Source: the human T2T-CHM13v2.0 reference genome, Homo sapiens. From it: a stretch of DNA of 64,000 bases. Positions 17,601-28,272 of the stretch are shown here, in pieces. Each line of letters starts with the position of its first letter. Positions within the stretch are counted from its first letter, which is position 1. The translations under genes were made by a program, and so were the position numbers. The stretch lies in NCBI RefSeq assembly GCF_009914755.1, contig NC_060948.1, one strand, 5' to 3'. Below the pieces are notes generated by a model. The model ran no database searches, was not told the origin of the DNA, and worked only from the letters and a program-made list of their open reading frames with translations.

Positions 17601-20600
17601 TTTTTAATTTATTGAGACTATGCTTTATATATTCTGTATATACATGTATATTGGGTAGAGTATTCTGTGCATGTTTATTAGGTCCAACTGGTTAAGTGTC
17701 AAATTCAAGTCCAGAATTTCTTTGTTAGTTTTCTGTCTTGATGATCTGTCTAATGCTGTCAGTGGGATGTTGATATCCCCCAGTATTATTGTGTGGCTTT
17801 CTAAGTCTTTTTGTAGACCAAGAAAAACTTGTTTTATAAGAAGAAAACACTCCAATACTGGGTGCATATGTATGTGTATAGTTAAGTCTTCTTGTTGAAT
17901 TGAACACTTAACCATTATGTAATACCCTTCTTTTTGTTGTTATTGCTTTAAACTCTGTTTTATCTGATATAAGAATAGCAACCCCTGTTCTTGTGTTCTG
18001 TTTCCACTGTAGATCTTTCTCTAGATCTTTACTTTGAGTCTATGGATGTTTATGCATGTGTGTTGGGTCTGTTGAAGACAGCAGACTGATAGGGCTTTTT
18101 AATGCAGCTTGTTACTCCATATCTTTTAAATTGGACCTTCAGGCCATTTAAATTCAAGGTTAATATTGATATCTGAGGTTTTAATCCTATCATGAAGTTG
18201 TTAGCTGTTTGCTTTGTGTTTCCTATTTTGTGGTTGCTTTATAGGGTCTTTGGGCTATGTATTTAAGTTTGTTTTCCTGCTAGCTGCTATGATTTCTATG
18301 TTTAGAACTTCCTCAATAATCTCTTGTAAGGCTGGCCTGCTGGTAACAAAGTTTTTCAGGGCTTGCTTGTCTGTAAAATCGTTTGTTTCTCCTTTGCCTA
18401 TGGAACATAGTTTGGTGGGATATAAAATTCCTGGTTGGAATTTCTTGTTTTTAAGAATATTAAAAATTGGCCTCCAATTTCTGTTAGCTTTAAGGTTTCT
18501 GCTGAGAAGTTCACTGCTAGCCTGATGGGGTTCGTTTGTATGTGATCTGACGTTTTTCTCTAGTTGCCTTTAAGTTTTTTGTTGTTGTTGTTGTGTGTGT
18601 GTGTGTGTGTGTGTGTTAAACCTGGACAGTCTTGTGACCATATGCTTTGGTGATACTCATTTTGTATTATATCTCTCAGATGTTCTCTGGATTTTTTGAA
18701 TCTGGATATCTGTCTCTCTAGCAAGATCAGAGAACATTTATTGAATTGTTACCTCAAATATTGTTTTCCAAGTTACCTACATTGTCCACTTCTTCCTCAG
18801 GGATGCCAGTAATTTGCAGGTTTCTTCGCTTTACATCATCTAATATTGCTCAAAAACATTGCTTATTTCTTAAAATTCTTTTCTTCTTTATTTTTATCTG
18901 GCTATGTTATTTCAAAATACTGGTCTTTAAGCTCTGAAATTATTTCTTCTTCTTGGTACAGTCTATTGATAAAGCTTTCAATTGTATTTTTTAAATTCCT
19001 TAAGTTAGTTTGTCAAATCCAGAAGTTCTGATTGCTTTCTTTCAAGATGTTTATCTCTTTCTTTATTTCCCGGATTGCTTTAGAAGTTATTTGTGTTCAT
19101 TTTCAGCTTGTCTTGGATCTCACTGAGCTTCCTTGAAATCCATGCTTTGAATTCTTTTTGTGATTTCTGCATTTACATTTTGGTTAAGGACCATTGGTGG
19201 AGGGGTACTGCAATTCTATGGTGATGTCACTGCATTCATATTTTTCATAGTGCTAGAATTATTGCATTGGTTTCTTCTCATCTGAGAATGTTGGCACTTC
19301 TAATTTTTGTAATTTTGTGTTAGGATATTTTCTTTTGTTTTTTATTTCAGTGTAACATTATTATTTTTTTTCTTTCCCTTTCCCTTTCCTCTCCTCCCTA
19401 CAGGGTGTGACTGTAGTGAATGCTGGGTATGGTCACTTGTCTTTGCTTCTGTAACCCTATGTAGTTTCGTTGACAGGTTTTATATTGATGTGTGTAGTTC
19501 AACCTACAAGCCAGTAGATGGTACTTATGGGTGAGAGCTGGCTGTACCCGATGTGGCTAGGTATATACATGATCCTTGTTTACTGGGAGAAGCTCTCTCT
19601 CATCTTAGGCAATGGGCTGATCTGTGGAGTGCACAGTTGTCTGAGCTCCTTGCTCTGTCCTATGTTAGGACAGGTCCAAGATTAGCATGGCCTGCCTAAA
19701 TGTCCCCTGATGTCAGGCACAAACACCAGCACTTAGCAAGGATCCAGTGGACAGCCACTAAACACCCAAAGGTGTGTCTAGGCATGGAGCTGGGAAACCT
19801 CCTCAGCCCCAAGTTCTCTGGACAGGGATTAGGGGAGGCCTAAATTCCTAATCCAGGTCAGAGAGCGAGTGCTCCACATGCCTGGAGATATGCCTGGGTG
19901 TGGAGCAGAGAGAGATGCCTGTTTGTGAAGCAGAGAGAACCACCCTTCACCAAGATCTCTGCATAGTAGGGGTGGGCAGCTCCAGGTTGCTGAACCAGGT
20001 GAGTGAGTGATCTGAATGTCTGAAGATCTGCCTGGGCATAAAATGTAGAGGGCTTGACTGCACCATGATCCATGGCCAACAAGGGGGGTGTTGCTCAGGC
20101 TACTAGTCCATGTGAGCAAGTACTCCAAATTCCTGGAGTTCTGTCTGCATGTGTTGTGATGAAAGCCCCACTGCACCACCATCTATGCACAGAAATAGGG
20201 GCAGGTAAAGCTGTTGATCCAGGTGAGGAAGTGCTTCAAACACCTGGAGATCTGTTTGGGTATTGAGTGCGAAGTGCCTGCTATACCACAATTTATGTCC
20301 ATGAAAAGTGGGGCAACTCAGATTGCTGATTCAAGCAAGTGGGCGCTCCAGATGCTTGGATTTCTGCATGGAGGTGGAACGGAGAGGGCCCTGCTATACC
20401 ACATCTCAAGGGGAGCATGCTGTGGCACCCATTAATGGCATACGCAAGTCAGTTTCAGGTTGCCAGCTGGCCTTGAATGAAAGTGTCATCATCCAGGAGA
20501 AAACACAGCTATAGCAGCTCTTCTCCTGCCCCAGGGCTTCAACAGGGGAGTGTACAATTCTGGTACCTACTGCTGTGGTGCTTTCTACAGTTCTGGCTAT

Positions 20601-21128
20601 GGAAGCCCCTACCCTGCTCCAGAGCAGGTGTTCCAATCTCTGGCCTGAGATTAAAATACCTGCATGGCCATACTGCTAGGTCTCAAAGGAATGGCTGATT
20701 TTGTATGTGCCTGGATTATAAATGGCATCCTGCTGTCAGTCCTTGGCCTGGGCAAATTTCTGTAGTTTTTCCTGGTGTTTTCCCCTCAGGTCTCCAAGCC
20801 TCTCCCCAGGTTAGCACCAGGACTTTAAAGAAACAAAATATTCTCCCTCCTCTTGGGTTGCTCAGATCCCCAGTAGAAAGGTGAGTCACAGAGGGAGGCT
20901 CTCTGTCTCTCTCATGTACTGGGGCTTCACTTACTTTTATCAACTGGATGCCATCACATGGACTGCTTTCCCATGTCCTCCCCGCTGGGGCCCCCTTCAC
21001 AATACTGGTGGATTCTCATTTTTCTTCTTGAATTAAAGCTCACAAAGTTGATCTTTATGCACTATCTTGCTATTTCCAAGTCACTGAGGCATGATAAAAG
21101 GATTTAATCAGTCATCTTGGAAAAAAAA
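14662..21128 (-). mobile_element. Near full-length L1PA15-17-like element with internal deletions
   Basis: Reverse 3' end GATTCAGGGGGTACATGTGCAG…GCTGAGGTTTGGGGTA; minus-strand ORF2 remnants ([12 protein letters not shown]…LKFIWNHK; IILGDINIPLTALDRSSRQK); GC-richer 5' UTR at ~19400-21120 ending …AATCAGTCATCTTGG; degenerate TSD TATTGTT at 14650 and 21131. Confidence 0.85.
18592..18616. repeat. (TG)n microsatellite inside the L1
   Basis: About 12 TG units, preceded by (GTT)4. Confidence 0.95.
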
Positions 21129-21130
21129 TC

Positions 21131-22600
21131 TATTGTTAGTTTACATCCTTTTTTAAATATATAACTCCCTTGTCAGAAATGTGATTTGCAAATATTTTTA
21201 CCCAGTCTGTAGCTTGCCTTTTCATTCATTCACATTGCCTTTTGCAAAGTAAATATTTTTAATTACAAATAAGCTCAACTTAGCATATTTTTAAAAATAA
21301 ATTGTGCTTTTGATGTTGTAGTTAAGAATGCTGCCTAACTGATAGTCACAAAGATTTTCTCCAATATTTTCTAATAGAAGTTGTATAGTTTTACATTTTA
21401 CATTTAGACTTTTGATTGATTCCAGGTTAATTATTTTATAAGATTAAAGATGTGGGTCAAGTTTTAATTTTCTGCTTATAACCTATAATCATTCTGTTGG
21501 CACTTGTTGAAAAGTCTATACTTTCACCATTGAATTCAGACCTTTGTTGAAAATCACTTTAGAATTTTGTGGATCTATTTCTGGACTGATTATTGTATTT
21601 TTATTAATCATTTTGTATTTATTATTTTGCTATTATTACATTGTAATGATTAGGTACGTGCTATAGTAAATCTTGAAATCAGATCATGTGAGTCCACAAA
21701 TAGGTTTTTTTTAATCAAAATTGGTTGGCTAATCTAATTCCTTTACCTTTCCCCATAAATTATAGCATCAGCTTGTTGATATCTGCAAAAACAGAAGATC
21801 CATCTAAGATTTCCTTTTTATTTAGATTATGTTGACTTTACGGATCAATTGTGGGACCACTGACATCATAACAATATTGAATATTCCAAGCTAAGAACAT
21901 GGTATATCTCTCCATTTAATTAGATTTTCTTTATTTTTTTCATCTTTTTTTTAATTTTAAGCACACAGATTCCACACACATTTTGTTACATGTATACCTA
22001 AATGTGTCTGTGAATAGATACAGTGTTGTTTATTTTCAATCTGTATGTCTTTCATTTCTTTTTCTTGCTTTATTTCATTGGCTAGAACTTACAATATTAT
22101 GTCAAATAGGAGTGGTGTCAACCTTACTGTTTCTGATTTTTGGGGAAAAGTATTCAATATTTAACCTTTGAATATCGTGTCAGCTGTTATCTTTGTGTAG
22201 GACCTGCATGTCAATTTGAAGATATTCCCCTGTTTCTAATTTGCTAAAATTGAATAGTTCTACTAATATAAATTTTGATCTAGTTGGTTGATTATGTTGC
22301 TCAAGTCTTCTATGCATTTACTGATTTTCTATTTTTTCCATCAAGTTCTAAGGAGTATTGTAGTCTCCAAGTATTACTGTGGATATGTCTATTTATCCTT
22401 TCATTTCTAGCTTATTTTGCTTATATTTTGAAGCTCTGTTGTAAGGTGCATACACACAGGATTGATACGTCTTCTTAGAGAATTGATCTTTTTATTGTCA
22501 TATAATGTATTTCTTTATACTGGATAGCATTTCTTGCTCTCAAGTAAACTTTATATAGATATAGTAACTCCATCTCTATTTCACTAAAATTTGTATAATA
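21131..22600 (-). mobile_element. L1MC-like ORF2 (right half of the host element)
   Basis: TGTCAGAAATGTGATTTGCAAATATTTTTACCCAGTCTGTAGCTTGCC resumes the L1 register left at 14660. Confidence 0.65.
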
Positions 22601-23261
22601 TTTTTATTGATGTTTGATATCTATTGACATTTGAAGACTATAGAGAAATTTCATAAAAAGAGTATTATAAACTATTATAGTTTACAGCTAAATACTTGGA
22701 TCTCTAGTTTATTATGTTCCTAACTTGTATTTTAAGATGATTCCAGCAAATAAAGAATACCGAAATCACTTATTTTTGAAATAATTATGACTATATTTTA
22801 TTCTTGAAACTAAGGCATATCTTAGAGTTCAATAAACTATACTTCCAAATTTATGTAATTTATTATTAGCTAACTATTTTTTAGCTATAATTAGTTCATT
22901 ATATATTCTTATAATTTGTTTTCCAATTAATTTCTCTTTTATGTCCTCTCTCAGTGCTAGTTAGAAGCCATATTTCAGCTGACTTGCATGTATAGATGAA
23001 TGATCATAGTTTCCTTGAGGGTCACAGATACAATAAAAAATACCTACATTTGGGATACTAGGCCAAAGGATCCCAATTATGATAATGAGACCTCATCCAC
23101 CCACTCCAAGTCATTTATACTTCCCTAAGAATTACTGACAAATTAAAAATACCAACTCTATAAATAATGGAAGTCTTTAATGCATTTGTATATAGGTTGT
23201 TACCTTTTTTGTCACAATGATATTTAAGTAGCTAATAAAAATATGCCTTTGAAATATAAAT

Positions 23262-23295
23262 TTTATTATTTTTTTCCTCACCCCAACAACTGCAG
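23262..23295 (+). promoter_or_regulatory. 3' splice site (polypyrimidine tract + CAG) of the PCDH11 terminal exon
   Basis: TTTTATTATTTTTTTCCTCACCCCAACAACTGCAG; AG at 23294-23295 gives a phase-1 entry into the frame (x)AA ATA ACT GTT CAA CCA = E-I-T-V-Q-P. Confidence 0.85.
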
Positions 23296-23966
23296 AAATA
23301 ACTGTTCAACCAACTGTGGAAGAGGCCTCTGACAACTGCACTCAAGAATGTCTCATCTATGGCCATTCTGATGCCTGCTGGATGCCGGCATCTCTGGATC
23401 ATTCCAGCTCTTCACAAGCACAGGCCTCTGCTCTATGCCACAGCCCACCACTGTCACAGGCCTCTACTCAGCACCACAGCCCACCAGTGACACAGACCAT
23501 TGTTCTCTGCCACAGCCCTCCAGTGACACAGACCATCGCATTGTGCCACAGCCCACCACCGATACAGGTGTCTGCTCTCCACCACAGTCCTCCTCTAGTG
23601 CAGGGTACTGCACTTCACCACAGCCCACCATCAGCACAGGCCTCAGCCCTCTGCTACAGCCCTCCTTTAGCACAGGCTGCTGCAATCAGCCACAGCTCTT
23701 CTCTGCCACAGGTTATTGCCCTCCATCGTAGTCAGGCCCAATCATCAGTCAGTTTGCAGCAAGGTTGGGTGCAAGGTGCTAATGGACTATGCTCTGTTGA
23801 TCAGGGAGTGCAAGGTAGTGCAACATCTCAGTTTTACACCATGTCTGAAAGACTTCATCCCAGTGATGATTCAATTAAAGTCATTCCTTTGACAACCTTC
23901 GCTCCACGCCAACAGGCCAGACCGTCCAGAGGTGATTCCCCCATTATGGAAACACATCCCTTGTAA
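23296..23966 (+). CDS. PCDH11Y: Terminal coding exon of protocadherin-11 (long cytoplasmic isoform), Y-type copy; partial CDS whose upstream exons lie outside the window
   Basis: ORF 23316-23966 extended to the acceptor gives [31 protein letters not shown] (delta-protocadherin CM2 motif), HSPP repeats and …[12 protein letters not shown]. The family call is certain; the Y-versus-X call rests on remembered diagnostic residues (METHPL vs MEEHPL, TTFAP vs TTFTP, GANG vs GADG). Confidence 0.93.
23337..23387 (+). other. CM2 conserved cytoplasmic motif of delta-protocadherins
   Basis: [17 protein letters not shown] fits CTxECxxxGHSDxCWMP. Confidence 0.9.
23418..23741 (+). repeat. Coding 36-bp (12-aa) tandem repeat, about 9 degenerate units
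   Basis: [108 protein letters not shown]; the DNA core CACAGCCC recurs every 36 bp. Confidence 0.95.
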
Positions 23967-26900
23967 AGCTAAAATAGTTACTTCAAATTTTCAGAAAAGA
24001 TGTATATAGTCAAAATTTAAGATACAATTCCAATGAGTATTCTGATTATCAGATTTGTAAATAACTATGTAAATAGAAACAGATACCAGAATAAATCTAC
24101 AGCTAGACCCTTAGTCAATAGTTAACCAAAAAATTGCAATTTGTTTAATTCAGAATGTGTATTTAAAAAGAAAAGGAATTTAACAATTTGCATCCCCTTG
24201 TACAGTAAGGCTTATCATGACAGAGCGTACTATTTCTGATGTACAGTATTTTTTGTTGTTTTTATCATCATGTGCAATATTACTGATTTGTTTCCATGCT
24301 GATTGTGTGGAACCAGTATGTAGCAAATGGAAAGCCTAGAAATATCTTATTTTCTAAGTTTACCTTTAGTTTACCTAAACTTTTGTTCAGATAATGTTAA
24401 AAGGTATACGTACTCTAGCCTTTTTTGGGGCTTTCTTTTTGATTTTTGTTTGTGGTTTTCAGTTTTTTTGTTGTTGTTAGTGAGTCTCCCTTCAAAATAC
24501 ACAGTAGGTAGTGTAAATACTGCTTGTTTGTGTCTCTCTGCTGTCATGTTTTCTACCTTATTCCAATACTATATTGTTGATAAAATTTGTATATACATTT
24601 TCAATAAAGAATATGTATAAACTGTACAGATCTAGATCTACAACCTATTTCTCTACTCTTTAGTAGAGTTCGAGACACAGAAGTGCAATAACTGCCCTAA
24701 TTAAGCAACTATTTGTTAAAAAGGGCCCCTTTTTACTTTAATAGTTTAGTGTAAAGTACATCAGAAATAAAACTGTATCTGACATTTTAAGCCTGTAGTC
24801 CATTATTACTTGGGTCTTTACTTCTGGGAATTTGTATGTAACAGCCTAGAAAATTAAAAGGAGGTGGATGCATCCAAAGCACGAGTCACTTAAAATATCG
24901 ACGGTAAACTACTATTTTGTAGAGAAACTCAGGAAGATTTAAATGTTGATTTGACAGCTCAATAGGCTGTTACCAAAGGGTGTTCAGTAAAAATAACAAA
25001 TACATGTAACTGTAGATAAAACCACATACTAAATCTATAAGACTAAGGGATTTTTGTTATTCTAGCTCAACTTACTGAAGAAAACCACTAATAACAACAA
25101 GAATATCAGGAAGGAACTTTTCAAGAAATGTAATTATAAATCTACATCAAACAGAATTTTAAGGAAAAATGCAGAGGGAGAAATAAGGCACATGACTGCT
25201 TCTTGCAGTCAAGAAGAAATACCAATAACACACACAGAACAAAAACCATCAAAATCTCATATATGAAATAAAATATATTCTTCTAAGCAAAGAAACAGTA
25301 CTATTCATAGAAAACATTAGTTTTCTCCTGTTGTCTGTTATTTCCTTCTTTTATCCTCTTAACTGGCCATTATCTTGTATGTGCACATTTTATAAATGTA
25401 CAGAAACATCACCAACTTGATTTTCTTCCATAGCAAAACTGAGAAAATACCTTGTTTCAGTATAACACTAAACCAAGAGACAATTGATGTTTAATGGGGG
25501 CGGTTGGGGTTGGGGGGGAGTCAATATCTCCTATTGATTAACTTAGACATAGATTTTGTAATGTATAACTTGATATTTAATTTATGATTAAACTGTAATT
25601 TTGTAACATAAACTGTGGTAATTGCATAATTTCATTGGTGAGGATTTCCTTTGAATATTGAGAAAGTTTCTTTTCATGTGCCCAGCAGGTTAAGTAGCGT
25701 TTTCAGAATATACATTATTCCCATCCATTGTAAAGTTCCTTAAGTCATATTTGACTGGGCGTGCAGAATAACTTCTTAACTATTAACTATCAGAGTTTGA
25801 TTAATAAAATTAATTAATTTTTTTTCTCCTTCGTGTTGTTAATGTTCCAAGGGATTTGGAGCATACTGGTTTTCCAGGTGCATGTGAATCCCGAAGGACT
25901 GATGATATTTGAATGTTTATTAAATTATTATCACACAAATGTGTTGATATTGTGGCTATTGTTGATGTTGAAAATTGTAAACTTGGGGAAGATTAAGAAA
26001 AGAACCAATAGTGACAAAAATCAGTGCTTCCAGTAGATTTTAGAACATTCTTTGCCTCAAAAAACCTGCAAAGATGATGTGAGATTTTTTCTTGTGTTTT
26101 AATTATTTTCACATTTTCTCTCTGCAAACCTTTAGTTTTCTGATGATCTACACACACACATACACACACACACACACACACGTGCACACACACACATTTA
26201 AAGGATATAAAAAGAAGAGGTTGAAAGATTATTAAATAACTTATCAGGCATCTCAATGGTTACTATCTATGTTAGTGAAAATCAAATAGGACTCAAAGTT
26301 GGATATTTGGGATTTTTCTTCTGACAGTATAATTTATTGAGTTACTAGGGAGGTTCTTAAATCCTCATATCTGGAAACTTGTGAAGTTTTGACACCTTTC
26401 CTATAGATATAGGAATGAACCAATACGCTTTTATTACCCTTTCTAACTCTGATTTTATAATCAGACTTAGATTGTGTTTAGAATATTAAATGACTGGGCA
26501 CCCTCTTCTTGGTTTTTACCAGAGAGGCTTTGAATGGAAGCAGGCTGAGAGTAGCCAAAGAGGCAAGGGGTATTAGCCCAGTTATTCTCCCCTATGCCTT
26601 CTCTTCCTAAGCGTCCACTAGGTCTGGCCTTGGAAATCTGTTACTTCTACGGCTTCAGATCTGATGATATCTTTTTCATCACATTACAAGTTATTTCTTT
26701 GACTGAATAGACAGTGGTATAGGTTGACACAGCACACAAGTGGCTATTGTGATGTATGATGTATGTAGTCCCACAACTGCAAAACGTCTTACTGAAGCAA
26801 CAATCGAAAAATGGTTCTGTTTTAAAAAGGATTTTGTTTGATTTGAAATTAAAACTTCAAACTGAATGACTTATATGAGAATAATATGTTCAATCAAAGT

Positions 26901-28250
26901 AGTTATTCTATTTTGTGTCCATATTCCATTAGATTGTGATTATTAATTTTCTAGCTATGGTATTACTATATCACACTTGTGAGTATGTATTCAAATACTA
27001 AGTATCTTATATGCTACGTGCATACACATTCTTTTCTTAAACTTTACCTGTGTTTTAACTAATATTGTGTCAGTGTATTAAAAATTAGCTTTTACATATG
27101 ATATCTACAATGTAATAAATTTAGAGAGTAATTTTGTGTATTCTTATTTACTTAACATTTTACTTTTAATTATGTAAATTTGGTTAGAAAATAATAATAA
27201 ATGGTTAGTGCTATTGTGTAATGGTAGCAGTTACAAAGAGCCTCTGCCTTCCCAAACTAATATTTATCACACATGGTCATTAAATGGGAAAAAAATAGAC
27301 TAAACAAATCACAAATTGTTCAGTTCTTAAAATGTAATTATGTCACACACACAAAAAAATCCTTTTCAATCCTGAGAAAATTAAAGGCGTTTTACTCACA
27401 TGGATATTTCAACATTAGTTTTTTTTGTTTGTTTCTTTTTCATGGTATTACTGAAGGTGTGTATACTCCCTAATACACATTTATGAAAATCTACTTGTTT
27501 AGACTTTTATTTATACTCTTCTGATTTATATTTTTTATTATAATTATTATTTCTTATCTTCTTTTATATTTTTTGGAAACCAAATTTATAGTTAGTTTAG
27601 GTAAACTTTTTATTATGACCATTAGAAACTATTTTGAATGTTTCCAACTGGCTCAATTGGCTGGGAAAACATGGGAACAAGAGAAGCTGAAATATATTTC
27701 TGCAAGAACCTTTCTATATTATGTGCCAATTACCACACCAGATCAATTTTATGCAGAGGCCTTAAAATATTCTTTCACAGTAGCTTTCTTACACTAACCG
27801 TCATGTGCTTTTAGTAAATATGATTTTTAAAAGCAGTTCAAGTTGACAACAGCAGAAACAGTAACAAAAAAATCTGCTCAGAAAAATGTATGTGCACAAA
27901 TAAAAAAAATTAATGGCAATTGTTTAGTGACTGTAAGTGATACTTTTTAAAGAGTAAACTGTGTGAAATTTATACTATCCCTGCTTAAAATATTAAGATT
28001 TTTATGAAATATGTATTTATGTTTGTATTGTGGGAAGATTCCTCCTCTGTGATATCATACAGCATCTGAAAGTGAACAGTATCCCAAAGCAGTTCCAAGC
28101 ATGCTTTGGAAGTAAGAAGGTTGACTATTGTATGGCCAAGGATGGCAGTATGTAATCCAGAAGCAAACTTGTATTAATTGTTCTATTTCAGGTTCTGTAT
28201 TGCATGTTTTCTTATTAATATATATTAATAAAAGTTATGAGAAATAAACA
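23967..28250 (+). other. PCDH11Y: Long AU-rich 3' UTR of PCDH11 (about 4.3 kb)
   Basis: Unique sequence with no recognisable TE, from the TAA stop to the strong distal poly(A) signal. Internal AATAAA hexamers at 24090, 24603, 24766, 25267, 25803, 27114, 27196 and 27899. Confidence 0.8.
26150..26196. repeat. Interrupted (CA)n microsatellite in the 3' UTR
   Basis: ACACACACACATACACACACACACACACACACGTGCACACACACACA. Confidence 0.95.
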
Positions 28251-28272
28251 TTCATTTTTATTGTGTGTGTTA
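28227..28272 (+). terminator. Distal polyadenylation site of PCDH11
   Basis: AATAAA at 28227-28232 and 28243-28248, four upstream TGTA (CFIm) motifs at 28129, 28151, 28170 and 28196, and a downstream U/GU-rich element TTTTTATTGTGTGTGT. Confidence 0.8.

Noticed and set aside
19400-21120. GC-richer stretches with clustered short ORFs (also ~45950-48410) as possible exons or promoters
   Set aside because: They are CpG-depleted 5' UTRs of old minus-strand L1P elements, contiguous with ORF1 remnants.
23316-23318. GTG start of the 216-aa ORF as an independent gene
   Set aside because: It is an internal Val codon; the frame is entered through the splice acceptor at 23295.
23435-23731. Overlapping alternate-frame (98 aa) and antisense (73 aa, 23464-23685) ORFs in the exon
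   Set aside because: They are by-products of the stop-poor 36-bp repeat and have no independent support.
23955-23963. Class I PDZ-binding motif at the C-terminus
   Set aside because: Thr is at position -3 (T-H-P-L), not at -2 as S/T-x-Phi requires.
24628-24639. AGATCTAGATCT palindrome, and a short CCAAAGCA/TGCTTTGG stem at 28084-28109
   Set aside because: Both are too short to distinguish from chance without conservation data.
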